64,000 bases of DNA from the NCBI GenBank assembly GCA_963676395.1, contig OY781066.1:1856001-1920000 (forward strand). The letters run 5' to 3'. Below are positions 10,113 to 19,510 of the stretch, in pieces; position 1 is the stretch's first letter; every line of letters begins with the position of its first letter. A program made the position numbers and the translations under genes. The notes under the pieces are model-generated. The model did not search any database. It saw nothing but the letters and a program-made list of their open reading frames with translations, and was not told the DNA's origin. The stretch is from a bacterium. GTDB taxonomy: Bacteria > Fidelibacterota > Fidelibacteria > Fidelibacterales > Fidelibacteraceae.

Positions 10113-11177
10113 TTAAATACCTTTCTTAACATCTTTTTTTGAACGATGTATATGCTTGACTTCGCTGGTGATAACCCAAAGGCTGCCAAGTAATATTATT
10201 AGATAGTAAGTTAGAAAGCGCCAAATAATCATTGGCATGAAAATTGGGATAGAACCAAAGAATTTTGAAAAGAAGATATAAAAACCTCCTTCAGAGGCAC
10301 CGGCAGCACCAGGTAGTGGTACAAAAGATACGGCAAGGAAAAGAAAAGCTTGGAGAGTAAAAATAAGCATAAAGGATTCGTTATGTAGTCCAAAAGCTCT
10401 ATATATGAGATAAGGAATGGCAAATAGGAAGCCTAAATTGACCACAGAGATTAAAATTGATAGAAAAAAGTGAGCAATATTATTCTTGATATAGGTAGAT
10501 GATACAAAAAAATCATCAATCAAATTATCTATATGTGCCGTCCTTTTTTCTTCTTTGCGGATGATTTTAAGCTTGCTAAGAAAGTGAATAAAACCATGAA
10601 CTATTTTTTCGGTAATAGGACGATTTAAAAAAACCATGGAAATAAAACCAACAGCTATAAGGTTTAGAATAAAACCTGCTGTGGTAATCCAAAAAATGTG
10701 ATGATAATTCTGGAAGAAGAATGAACCTTTCGCAAGCATTGCAATGACATAGAGTAAGCATAGGGAAAGCTCATAAACGATAAATTTAATGGTGATGATG
10801 GAGGTGGATGTTCCAATGGGTATACCTTCACGACGCATATAAACAACTTGCATGGGCTGTCCACCGGACGAAAATGGTGTCAGTGCTCCATAGTAAAGTC
10901 CCATTATCCCAATTTTAAGTGATTTTATAAACCGTTGCTTTCCAAAAATATAGGATGTAACCTGTTTAAGTAAAAATGCATCACTTAGCCAAAACATTAT
11001 CATTGCAAGAAGTGAAACTGCTATCCACTTTTTATTTATTTGCGGAATAATTTCTTTTAGTGTATCAATATCATGATTCAGAAGACCAATAAGAAGGATA
11101 ACTACAATGGTTGCTGAGATATATACAAGCCTAAAAATATTTTGACGTTTTTTCTTTTTCTGTATGTTTTCTTCCAT
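10113..11177 (-). CDS. Lysylphosphatidylglycerol synthase TM / flippase-like (UPF0104) membrane protein
   Basis: 'TPFSSGGQPMQ', 'PLPGAAGASEG', 'IWRFLTYY' motifs and multiple TM helices. Confidence 0.85.
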   Translation of the reverse strand: MEENIQKKKKRQNIFRLVYISATIVVILLIGLLNHDIDTLKEIIPQINKKWIAVSLLAMIMFWLSDAFLLKQVTSYIFGKQRFIKSLKIGIMGLYYGALTPFSSGGQPMQVVYMRREGIPIGTSTSIITIKFIVYELSLCLLYVIAMLAKGSFFFQNYHHIFWITTAGFILNLIAVGFISMVFLNRPITEKIVHGFIHFLSKLKIIRKEEKRTAHIDNLIDDFFVSSTYIKNNIAHFFLSILISVVNLGFLFAIPYLIYRAFGLHNESFMLIFTLQAFLFLAVSFVPLPGAAGASEGGFYIFFSKFFGSIPIFMPMIIWRFLTYYLIILLGSLWVITSEVKHIHRSKKDVKKGI

Positions 11178-11315
11178 GTTCGTGCCTTATGTTTATATTC
11201 AACACAAGAAATACCATGGGATCACGTGCTTATAAATGTATTTCATTTTTAATTGAGAATGATCCATTAAAAATGAAATAGATCCATAAAAGATCCTCAA
11301 GATGCAAACATAAAC

Positions 11316-11345
11316 AAAACGCCTCCTTTTTCAAAGAGGCGTTTT
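11316..11345 (-). terminator. Rho-independent terminator after nifJ
   Basis: AAAACGCCTC...GAGGCGTTTT inverted repeat with A/T tails on both sides. Confidence 0.75.
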
Positions 11346-11373
11346 TATAAAATACTAAATAACCGATTAAGTT

Positions 11374-14300
11374 TTAATCAGCCATTTTTTTATATGTTTC
11401 CCAACGGTTCTTGGCAAATTTCAAGAAACCTTCGCGAAGAGCAGGTACCTGATCAGGGAAAGTTGTTTCTAATGAACTGTAACGTCTTTCACTGTTCATG
11501 AAATCAATAACCTCGAAGTTAGGTTCTTTAGAATCCAAGGTAAAAGGATTCTTGCCTTCAAGTGCCAGCAAAGGATTGTAACGATATAGTAACCAGTAAC
11601 CGGTTTCAACCGCACGTTTTTCCTGTTTTTGGCTTTTGCCCATATCAATACCGTGGTTGATACAAGGAGCGTAGGCAATAATGATCGAAGGACCGTCGTA
11701 AGCTTCAGCTTCTTGGAAAGCTTTAACCAACTGGTTTTTGTTAGCACCCATAGCTACAGATGCAACATAAACATATTCGTAAGTCATTAGCATGCGACCG
11801 AGGTCTTTCTTGTTTGTTTTTTTACCTGATTCGGCAAATTTAGCAACGGCACCAAGAGGAGAAGCTTTAGAAGCCTGACCACCGGTGTTTGAATAAACTT
11901 CGGTATCCATAACAAGGATATTGATGTTTTTACCTGATGCCAACGCGTGATCCAAACCTCCGTAACCGATATCGTAAGCCCAGCCGTCACCACCAAAGGC
12001 CCAGACTGACTTGTCAATGATATAAGATTTTAACTCTATCGCTTTTGCGACATCAGCATCTTTAGCATCTTCTTTTACAAGAAGGGTCTGGATTTTTGCT
12101 GCATTGGCTTTAGCTTCATCAGAAATATCTTTCCAGTTTGCAACGGCTGTCGTTATAGCGTCTTTTAATTCGCCTGCTATATCTTTAGCAAGAAGTCTTT
12201 CGAAGACGGATTTCAACTGACGGCGGTTAGCATCAACTGCGAGGCGCATACCTAAACCATATTCAGCATTATCTTCAAATAGCGAGTTAGCCCATGTAGG
12301 ACCGTGACCATCTTTGTTTTTGCAGTAAGGAGTGGTGGGGAATGTACCTGAGTAGATTGATGAACAACCGGTAGCATTCGCAATAACCATTCTATCACCG
12401 AAGAGCTGAGTAGTCAATTTAACGTAAGGAGTTTCACCACAACCTGCGCAAGCTCCGGAGAATTCGAAGAGAGGTTGTTTGAACTGAGAACCTTTTACAG
12501 AGTATAGACGACTTGAACCGATAACATCGTTTGATAATTCATGGAAGAATTTTTCATTTTCGTTTTCACCTGCATCACGTTCTGTCTGAATGGGGCTCAT
12601 TTCAAGAGCGGCAACAGGACATTCGTTAACACAAACTGAACAACCCTGACAATCTTCTACATAAACCTGGATCTTGAATTTCTTGTCAGCATCTTTACCT
12701 TTAACATCAAGGACGTTGAAAGATTCAGGAGCGCCTTCAAGTTCAGCAGGATCAATCAGTTTTGCACGAATTGAAGCGTGAGGACAAACGAATGTACATT
12801 GGTTACACTGGATACATTTATCTGCGATCCAATGAGGAACCATAGGAGCAACACCACGTTTTTCAAGAGCGGCAGTACCTGTTGGGACATAACCATCAAT
12901 AGGCATGTCGGCAACGGAAATGTCATCACCTTTTTCACGCATGATAGGTTCGATAATATTTTTAACGAAAGCAGGAGCATCGTCAGCAACGAGTTTTGCA
13001 GGTTCGGCAGCAACTTCGGGGAGTTCGGCCGGAACTGCAATTTCCTGGAGAGCAGCTTCTGTAGCATCAACAGCTTTCCAGTTCATCTCAACAATGTTCA
13101 TACCTTTTTTCTTGTATGATTTCTCAATGGCACCCTTGATCAGAGCGATAGCTTCATCTTTAGGAAGAACACCGGAAATAATAAAGAAAGCAGCTTGCAT
13201 CACAGTGTTAATACGACCACCAAGACCAACTTCTTTAGCAATATCAAGTGCGTTTACATTGTAAACTTTAACATTATTCTTGATGATAACTTCTTGCATT
13301 TCTTTAGTGAAATGTGAGAAAACTTCTTCAGCTTTCCAGTTTGAGTTTAGCAAGAAAACGCCATTTTCTTTGATACCTTCAGTTACATCGTAACGGCCGA
13401 TGAAAGCTTGATTATGACATGCGATAAAGTTTGCATGCTGAACAAGATATTCAGACTGAATTTTGGCAGTTCCGAAACGAAGATGTGAACGAGTGATACC
13501 ACCGGATTTCTTTGAATCGTACTGGAAGTAACCCTGAGCGTTCATATCGGTGTTGTCACCAATAATTTTAATTGAGTTTTTATTAGCACCAACAGTACCA
13601 TCAGAACCAAGACCCCAGAATTTAGCTGAGAAAGTACCTTCAGGAAGGGGGTTAATTGTTTCGGTCACTTCCAAAGATCTGTTTGATACATTATCATTGA
13701 TACCTACTGTAAAGCCATGAGTATCGGCTTTGTCGTAGATAGCTTTAACCATTGAAGGTGTAAATTCTTTAGAAGAAAGACCGTAACGACCGCCGATAAT
13801 ATTAATATCTTTATTTTTAAGAGCAGCTACAACATCCAAGTACAGAGGTTCACCCAATGAGCCGGGTTCTTTTGTACGATCGAGTACGATAATATTTTTA
13901 GCTGATTCGGGAATAACATCAACAAAAGCTTCTGCAGAGAAAGGACGATAAACGCGAACTTTAATAAGACCGAGTTTTTCGCCTTTGGCGTTCAATGAAT
14001 TGATAGTTTCTTCGATAGTGTCGCAAGCAGAACCCATAGCGATGATAACTTTTTCGGCATCTTTAGCACCAACATAATCGAATAGATGATATTGACGACC
14101 GATAACTTTGGCGACTTTATCCATATATTCTTGGATGATTGCAGGAGTTTCATCGTACATCAAATTAGTTGTTTCACGACCTTGGAAATAAACATCAGGG
14201 TTTTGAGCACCGACTTTGAGGCGAGGATTTTCAGGATTCATCGCGCGTGCACGGAATTCTTCAACATATTTTTCTTCTACGAGACCTTTGATCGTATCGT

Positions 14301-14865
14301 AGTCGATAATTTCAGTTTTTTGAATTTCGTGAGAGTTACGAAAACCGTCAAAGAAGTTCAAGAAAGGAACTTTAGATTTCAAGGTAGCCAAATGAGAAAC
14401 GATAGCCAGATCCATGATTTCTTGAAGGTTAGATGCAGCAACCAAAGCGTAGCCGGTGTTTCGAGCTGACATAACATCAGAGTGGTCACCAAAGATAGAG
14501 AGTGATTGTGCCGCAAGAGAACGAGCTGAAACGTGGAATACTGTGGGAAGCATTTCACCGGCAATCTTATGCATATTGGGAAGCATAAGCATCAATCCCT
14601 GAGAAGCGGTAAAAGTGGTGGTAAAGGCACCGGCAGAAAGAGAACCGTGAACGGCACCGGCGGCACCGGCTTCTGACTGCATTTCGACGATATCTACGAC
14701 TTCACCGAAGATATTTTTACGACCGTTAGCGGCCCAAACATCCGCATACTGACCCATATCAGATGAAGGTGTGATCGGATAGATCGCAGCTACATCCGAG
14801 AAAGCGTAAGCAACGTGTGCAGCAGCGGTGTTTCCGTCGATGGTTTGTTTTTTAAATTTACTCAT
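11374..14865 (-). CDS. nifJ: Pyruvate:ferredoxin (flavodoxin) oxidoreductase
   Basis: 1163 aa. 'YPITPSS', 'EMQSEAGAAGAVHG', 'GLGSDGTVGANK', two CxxCxxC ferredoxin motifs, 'GACAGCGETPY', 'GGDGWAYDIG'. Confidence 0.97.
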   Translation of the reverse strand: MSKFKKQTIDGNTAAAHVAYAFSDVAAIYPITPSSDMGQYADVWAANGRKNIFGEVVDIVEMQSEAGAAGAVHGSLSAGAFTTTFTASQGLMLMLPNMHKIAGEMLPTVFHVSARSLAAQSLSIFGDHSDVMSARNTGYALVAASNLQEIMDLAIVSHLATLKSKVPFLNFFDGFRNSHEIQKTEIIDYDTIKGLVEEKYVEEFRARAMNPENPRLKVGAQNPDVYFQGRETTNLMYDETPAIIQEYMDKVAKVIGRQYHLFDYVGAKDAEKVIIAMGSACDTIEETINSLNAKGEKLGLIKVRVYRPFSAEAFVDVIPESAKNIIVLDRTKEPGSLGEPLYLDVVAALKNKDINIIGGRYGLSSKEFTPSMVKAIYDKADTHGFTVGINDNVSNRSLEVTETINPLPEGTFSAKFWGLGSDGTVGANKNSIKIIGDNTDMNAQGYFQYDSKKSGGITRSHLRFGTAKIQSEYLVQHANFIACHNQAFIGRYDVTEGIKENGVFLLNSNWKAEEVFSHFTKEMQEVIIKNNVKVYNVNALDIAKEVGLGGRINTVMQAAFFIISGVLPKDEAIALIKGAIEKSYKKKGMNIVEMNWKAVDATEAALQEIAVPAELPEVAAEPAKLVADDAPAFVKNIIEPIMREKGDDISVADMPIDGYVPTGTAALEKRGVAPMVPHWIADKCIQCNQCTFVCPHASIRAKLIDPAELEGAPESFNVLDVKGKDADKKFKIQVYVEDCQGCSVCVNECPVAALEMSPIQTERDAGENENEKFFHELSNDVIGSSRLYSVKGSQFKQPLFEFSGACAGCGETPYVKLTTQLFGDRMVIANATGCSSIYSGTFPTTPYCKNKDGHGPTWANSLFEDNAEYGLGMRLAVDANRRQLKSVFERLLAKDIAGELKDAITTAVANWKDISDEAKANAAKIQTLLVKEDAKDADVAKAIELKSYIIDKSVWAFGGDGWAYDIGYGGLDHALASGKNINILVMDTEVYSNTGGQASKASPLGAVAKFAESGKKTNKKDLGRMLMTYEYVYVASVAMGANKNQLVKAFQEAEAYDGPSIIIAYAPCINHGIDMGKSQKQEKRAVETGYWLLYRYNPLLALEGKNPFTLDSKEPNFEVIDFMNSERRYSSLETTFPDQVPALREGFLKFAKNRWETYKKMAD

Positions 14866-14949
14866 TTTGACTCCTAATAAATAATTTGTAAATCAAATCT
14901 CCAACAACTCGAAATATAAAAGGAAAAAGGTATGAGGAAAAGGGAAATA

Positions 14950-14967
14950 TTGGGAAAATAATCACAT
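14950..14967. promoter_or_regulatory. Candidate Rex-like operator upstream of nifJ
   Basis: TTGGGAAAATAATCACAT matches 15/18 of TTGTGAA-W4-TTCACAA. Confidence 0.3.
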
Positions 14968-14989
14968 GAAAATATGCATGTAATTAATA

Positions 14990-15101
14990 AACCGAGTCGG
15001 TTTGGTGGTGATTAAGGCGACTCGCTTGAAGCAGAGAACAACCGCCTCGGTTGGATGAATCATAAACCGAGTCGGTTGAATATTATCGAACTGACTTGAT
15101 G
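14990..15101. repeat. Array of 13-bp palindromes (AACCGAGTCGGTT-type), period 24-25 bp, 5 units
   Basis: Units start at 14990 AACCGAGTCGGTT, 15015 AGGCGACTCGCTT, 15040 AACCGCCTCGGTT, 15065 AACCGAGTCGGTT and 15089 AACTGACTTGATG (degenerate). Unique 11-12-nt spacers. Confidence 0.9.
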
Positions 15102-15127
15102 ATTACACGATTAAAGAAAGATCAATT

Positions 15128-15688
15128 TTATTTGACGAAATTAATCTTTCTGGTATACATACATGAATCAAATATACTATTAACATATCTATGATATTTA
15201 TCTGTATTCATTCCATATTTTAGAAATATTTCTTTTAAACAAGAATTGTCATCAATTTGTGTGTAATTTGTATATGGCCATTCTTCCGGATTAGCCATTA
15301 GATTTGCGCGAACAGGATTCATAAAAATGTATTTGCTTAATTGCAGTAAATATATATCGCTATCAATAATTTTGTGTTGTAACGCAGACCTAAATATCGG
15401 TCCCCTTCTTTTATATTTTTTGTTAAAGTATATAGCATATCGTACAAACACATAATTAAACAACCTATACACCTGTACTTCACTATTCTGTCTGATCAAA
15501 TAATGGTAGTGATTGGGCATTAAACAGTATGCATATATACTTGCTGGTACTTTTTTGAGGTTTTTATCAATAATACTCAAGAAAAAATCATAATCTTCAT
15601 CATCATAAAAAAGATCATAATCATCTATCGCATGATTGTAAATGTGAAAAATTGCTCCTTCTACAAAGTCTTCATGTAAACATCTCAT
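15128..15688 (-). CDS. REP-associated tyrosine transposase (RAYT; IS200/Y1 HUH family)
   Basis: 'FHIYNH', 'AYCLMPNHYH' (HUH), 'FNKKYKRRGPIF', 'YIFMNPVRANL...EEWPY'. Likely ATG at 15688 after a GGGGGA SD; the ORF track extends to 15712. Confidence 0.85.
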   Translation of the reverse strand: MRCLHEDFVEGAIFHIYNHAIDDYDLFYDDEDYDFFLSIIDKNLKKVPASIYAYCLMPNHYHYLIRQNSEVQVYRLFNYVFVRYAIYFNKKYKRRGPIFRSALQHKIIDSDIYLLQLSKYIFMNPVRANLMANPEEWPYTNYTQIDDNSCLKEIFLKYGMNTDKYHRYVNSIFDSCMYTRKINFVK

Positions 15689-15754
15689 GGTGTCCCCCAA
15701 AAATTGTTTCAATAATATAAGACATTATTTAATAAAAATTTGTCAACAGTCGAA

Positions 15755-15776
15755 AAATGTGTCCCAGGTCACACTT
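15755..15776. promoter_or_regulatory. CRP/FNR-family-like box between RAYT and cupin genes
   Basis: AAATGTGT-CCCAGG-TCACACTT compared with the consensus AAATGTGA-N6-TCACATTT. Confidence 0.5.
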
Positions 15777-15830
15777 TTATGTATTATTTTTTAGAGAATT
15801 TGCCAGAATACTTTAACTAAGGAGAAAATA

Positions 15831-16250
15831 ATGAAAAAGATTGTCGTTCATTGTATGATGATGTTGTTTGTATTTAGTATTGCATTTGCCCATGATGGAA
15901 CCAATACTACAGTCGATGTGCTGACTAAAACTTCAGAGAGTTGGAATGGTGCCAAACTTCCTCGGTATGCAAAAGGTAAACCGGAAATTACTATTCTTCG
16001 TATAAATATACCTCCGCATTCAAAATTAGCCTGGCATGAACATCCTTATATCAATGCCGGTGTTTTAATTTCGGGAGAGTTGACTGTAATCACCGATCAA
16101 GCGGATACTTTAGACTTAAAAGCGGGTGATCCTATTGTAGAATGTGTTAAGACCTGGCACTTTGGTGAAAATTTGGGTGATGAACCGGTTGATATTATTG
16201 TTTTTTATGCTGGAATAAAAGATAAAGATGTGACGGTAATGGAAAAATAA
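15831..16250 (+). CDS. Secreted cupin domain protein
   Basis: Signal peptide, cupin motifs 'WHEHP..NAG' and 'E...TWHFGEN', AAGGAG SD. Confidence 0.85.
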   Translation: MKKIVVHCMMMLFVFSIAFAHDGTNTTVDVLTKTSESWNGAKLPRYAKGKPEITILRINIPPHSKLAWHEHPYINAGVLISGELTVITDQADTLDLKAGDPIVECVKTWHFGENLGDEPVDIIVFYAGIKDKDVTVMEK

Positions 16251-16260
16251 TTGTTTATTG

Positions 16261-16347
16261 AACTGAGTCGGTATGAAAAATATTAACCGCCTCGGTCGAG
16301 TGTTTGTTGAACCGAGTCGGTTGAAAGAGATGGATACCGAGTCGTTA
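16261..16347. repeat. Second array of the same 13-bp palindrome, period 24-25 bp, 4 units
   Basis: Units at 16261 AACTGAGTCGGTA, 16285 AACCGCCTCGGTC, 16310 AACCGAGTCGGTT and 16335 TACCGAGTCGTTA. Confidence 0.9.
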
Positions 16348-16391
16348 AAATTATACTTTGAATCTTAATCTCATAACTATAAATTTATACT

Positions 16392-17735
16392 ATGCCTAAA
16401 CATAAAGACCAATTCAAATGTTCAAGTTGTGATGGCCTTACAGCCAAATGGGCCGGTCAATGCCCGCACTGTGGAGAGTGGAATACACTCGAAGCCTATG
16501 ATGCCCCTCAATCATCTTCTAAGCGTGTAAAAGCTGCTGGCTCACCACCACCTTTTTATTCTTTGTCTAATCCCCAAGAACCGTCCCGTTATGGTTCGGG
16601 ATTAGAAGAATTTGATCGCGTGGTGGGTGGTGGACTAATGGAAGGTAGCATCGTTCTGCTTGGTGGAGATCCCGGTGTGGGGAAATCTACACTCGCTTTG
16701 CAACTTTGTAAGGCATATCTTGATAGTAAAATAAAGATGTGCTATTTTTCAGGTGAGGAGTCTGTGGGACAACTTGCACTTCGCGCCAAGCGACTTGGTT
16801 TTGCAAACGATGATCTCCAAATATCTAATGATGTGGAGTTGAGCAAGATTATTGCCGGACTCGAATCCGAAAAGCCTCAAGTCGCCATTATTGATTCTAT
16901 CCAAACTGTTTATTCTCCAAATCTAGATTCCTTGCCGGGCTCACCGAATCAGGTGCGTGAGTGTGCAAGTGAGCTGATGACTTTAGGCAAAAAGAAAAAT
17001 ATTACAATAATTTTAATTGGGCATATTACGAAAAGCGGTACGATAGCCGGACCAAAATTGCTTGAGCATATTGTTGATACCGTGTTATATCTCGAAGGTG
17101 ATAAACAAAATTATTTTCGAATCCTTCGCTCGGTCAAGAATCGCTTTGGTGCAACGCATGAGATCGGTATCTTTGAAATGAAACAGGATGGCTTACAGGG
17201 AATCTCAAATCCGGGGGCCATATTCCTAAGTGAGCGTAAGCCAGGTGCCACCGGTTCGGTGGTAACTTGCGGTATGGAGGGTTCGCGACCACTGTTGGTA
17301 GAAATCCAAGCTCTTGCAGCCAAAGCAGCTTACGGAACACCTCAGCGCCATGCCAGTGGAATCGATCCTAAACGTTTGCAATTACTGCTTGCCGTGATGG
17401 AAAGACAATTGAATATCCAAGTCTCTCAGTATGATATTTTTGTGAATGTTGTGGGTGGACTTACCCTAAAAGAGCCGGCTATGGATCTCCCGGTGATCGC
17501 AGCCATATATTCATCAGTCAAGAATATTCCTCTAGCAGATAATACCTGTGTGATAGGGGAGGTGGGGCTCACCGGTGAAACCCGCTCCGTACAGCGCATT
17601 GAACAGCGCGTTTCCGAAGCTAATCGTATGGGCTTCGATAGATTGATCCTCCCTGCCTCGGTGAAAAAGAAAATTGTTGATAAGAATCATTTATATCGAT
17701 TTTTTAAAGATATTTCTGATTTGTCTGGCCAATAA
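16392..17735 (+). CDS. radA: DNA repair protein RadA/Sms
   Basis: N-terminal CxxC...CxxC, Walker A 'GDPGVGKST', 'KNRFG', Lon-like C-terminus. Confidence 0.96.
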   Translation: MPKHKDQFKCSSCDGLTAKWAGQCPHCGEWNTLEAYDAPQSSSKRVKAAGSPPPFYSLSNPQEPSRYGSGLEEFDRVVGGGLMEGSIVLLGGDPGVGKSTLALQLCKAYLDSKIKMCYFSGEESVGQLALRAKRLGFANDDLQISNDVELSKIIAGLESEKPQVAIIDSIQTVYSPNLDSLPGSPNQVRECASELMTLGKKKNITIILIGHITKSGTIAGPKLLEHIVDTVLYLEGDKQNYFRILRSVKNRFGATHEIGIFEMKQDGLQGISNPGAIFLSERKPGATGSVVTCGMEGSRPLLVEIQALAAKAAYGTPQRHASGIDPKRLQLLLAVMERQLNIQVSQYDIFVNVVGGLTLKEPAMDLPVIAAIYSSVKNIPLADNTCVIGEVGLTGETRSVQRIEQRVSEANRMGFDRLILPASVKKKIVDKNHLYRFFKDISDLSGQ

Positions 17736-17756
17736 ATATAATTTAAAGGAGATATT

Positions 17757-18239
17757 ATGAAAAAGTCATGGATTTTTAGCATTCTTGCTATGATACTTTT
17801 AACAGCATGCATTTTTATTCCCCGTGATGAGAATTTGTCGAGTGGCATGTTCAAGTTAACCGATATGGAAGGTAATTACACAACGACCTTTAAAAGCGGT
17901 GATAATTTTTATATGAAGTTTTGTCTAGTAAATACAACGGTGGATACACAAGATTATGACTTATCCAATTCGGGTCCGGCTGTTAAATTTTACATTTATC
18001 AAGATGGTCAATATATTACGAGCAGTATTGATGGTTTTGACTTCCTTTCTGTTATTATTCCCAGAAAGCTGGCTCCTGGTGATACCATCCAAAGTAGCTG
18101 GTTGGCTCCAACACCTGCACACCAATCAACAATAAATGTGTTGTCACCGGGTAATTATGAAGCTCGTATAGAATTTCCGCATTTTGAGACATTTGAAACA
18201 GATACCATCACGGTTATTGATTTTACTGTAACCGAGTAA
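17757..18239 (+). CDS. Lipoprotein, Ig/BsuPI-like fold; paralog of the next gene
   Basis: Lipobox LTAC, AAGGAG SD, shares motifs with 18251-18733. Confidence 0.65.
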   Translation: MKKSWIFSILAMILLTACIFIPRDENLSSGMFKLTDMEGNYTTTFKSGDNFYMKFCLVNTTVDTQDYDLSNSGPAVKFYIYQDGQYITSSIDGFDFLSVIIPRKLAPGDTIQSSWLAPTPAHQSTINVLSPGNYEARIEFPHFETFETDTITVIDFTVTE

Positions 18240-18250
18240 AGGAGATAAAG

Positions 18251-18733
18251 ATGAGAAAGTCATTAATTCTATTGTTTCTTGTACTGATCATACTTTCAGG
18301 ATGTGTTTTTAATCCTGCACAAATTCCTGATGCAAGTAATGTGTTTTTCCTAAGTGATACGCTTGGAAATTCTACGACAACATTCCAGGTGGGCGAAGAG
18401 TTTTACATGAATTTCAGGATGATCAATACTACCGACAGTTCGTTAACTTATACACTTTACGATAGCGGTCCTGAGGTCCGATTTTCAATACTTCGTGATA
18501 GCATTTATGTAGCAGGTTCAATGGACGGTTATGGTGTGCGTCTACCGGTATTTAATCGCGAACTTGCATCCGGAGATAGTATCGTGGGACAGTGGAAAGC
18601 TCCAACCACACCTGCTCAAGACCCCATAGTAACACTTGAAGCAGGTACTTATCTTGCTGTTCCTCAGTTTCCTGCAATACCCGAGTTACAAACCGAAACC
18701 ATCATGGCAATTAGTTTTACTATAGTGGAATAG
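18251..18733 (+). CDS. Lipoprotein, Ig/BsuPI-like fold; paralog of the previous gene
   Basis: Lipobox LSGC, same length (160 aa), shared 'TTTF..G..FYM.F...NTT', 'SGP.V.F', 'LA.GD.I...W.APT'. Confidence 0.65.
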   Translation: MRKSLILLFLVLIILSGCVFNPAQIPDASNVFFLSDTLGNSTTTFQVGEEFYMNFRMINTTDSSLTYTLYDSGPEVRFSILRDSIYVAGSMDGYGVRLPVFNRELASGDSIVGQWKAPTTPAQDPIVTLEAGTYLAVPQFPAIPELQTETIMAISFTIVE

Positions 18734-18745
18734 AGCCTATTTTTC

Positions 18746-19510
18746 ATGAGGGAAAATTCAAAAATACTGCTACTATTTACTATATTGACTTTACTGGTCA
18801 TCGCTTGCTCCTATTTGCCTGAAGGAGTACATATTGATACGGCATTAAACTATCAAGAAACTCCAGAATATTTAAGCTTGGATTTAATATCATATGATTC
18901 TGATATTACCTTGCTGTTTTTGCCGGGTGGTTTGGTTGATCCTCATGCTTATCTTTCACTCATGCAAAGAATCGCTTTAGATAGCATTAATGTTGTGATC
19001 CCTAAATTTACTTCCAATCTTGCGATATTTGAATTGTCTAAATATGAATCACTTCTTGATATTTATCCCCATACCGGTTTTTTGTATATATCGGGACATT
19101 CTTTAGGAGGTATAGCCGCCTTGAGCGCGGTGGCGGAAAGTCCGAATAATTTTGAAGGTTTGATTTTACTGGGTACTTATCCTAGTGAGGCTTTCGCAAT
19201 TTCCGATTGGGATCATTCGGTTCTTTCCCTCTATGCTGAAAATGATAGTTTATCCACTTCTGCCGAAGTTTTGGGCGCTTCAGCATTCTTGCCAGAAAAA
19301 GAGATACTCAGCAATGTCAATAGTTTAGATACTCTATCTGCTGGATCTGCGAAAACCTTTTACTATTTAATTAGTGGAGGCAATCACGCACAATTTGGTG
19401 ATTACGGTGTGCAACGTGGAGATGGAGTTCCAAGCATAAGTGTTGAAGAACAGCATCAACAAATCCATGCGGCGATCATGAAATTCATCAGGTGGGATCG
19501 CAGTGAGTAA
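18746..19510 (+). CDS. Alpha/beta hydrolase lipoprotein
   Basis: 'GHSLGG' nucleophile motif, 'GGNHAQFGDYG', lipobox VIAC. Confidence 0.85.
   Translation: MRENSKILLLFTILTLLVIACSYLPEGVHIDTALNYQETPEYLSLDLISYDSDITLLFLPGGLVDPHAYLSLMQRIALDSINVVIPKFTSNLAIFELSKYESLLDIYPHTGFLYISGHSLGGIAALSAVAESPNNFEGLILLGTYPSEAFAISDWDHSVLSLYAENDSLSTSAEVLGASAFLPEKEILSNVNSLDTLSAGSAKTFYYLISGGNHAQFGDYGVQRGDGVPSISVEEQHQQIHAAIMKFIRWDRSE

Noticed and set aside
11496..14564. Short alternative-frame and antisense ORFs inside nifJ (and similar ones inside rpsB, tsf, thrS, pheST, rny, nadE)
   Set aside because: Shadow ORFs produced by codon bias of highly expressed genes, with no SD or motifs.
14990..16347. CRISPR array interpretation of the repeat-spacer arrays
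   Set aside because: Repeats (13 bp) and spacers (11-12 nt) are far shorter than CRISPR units, orientation varies, and no cas gene is present. The adjacent gene is an HUH transposase.
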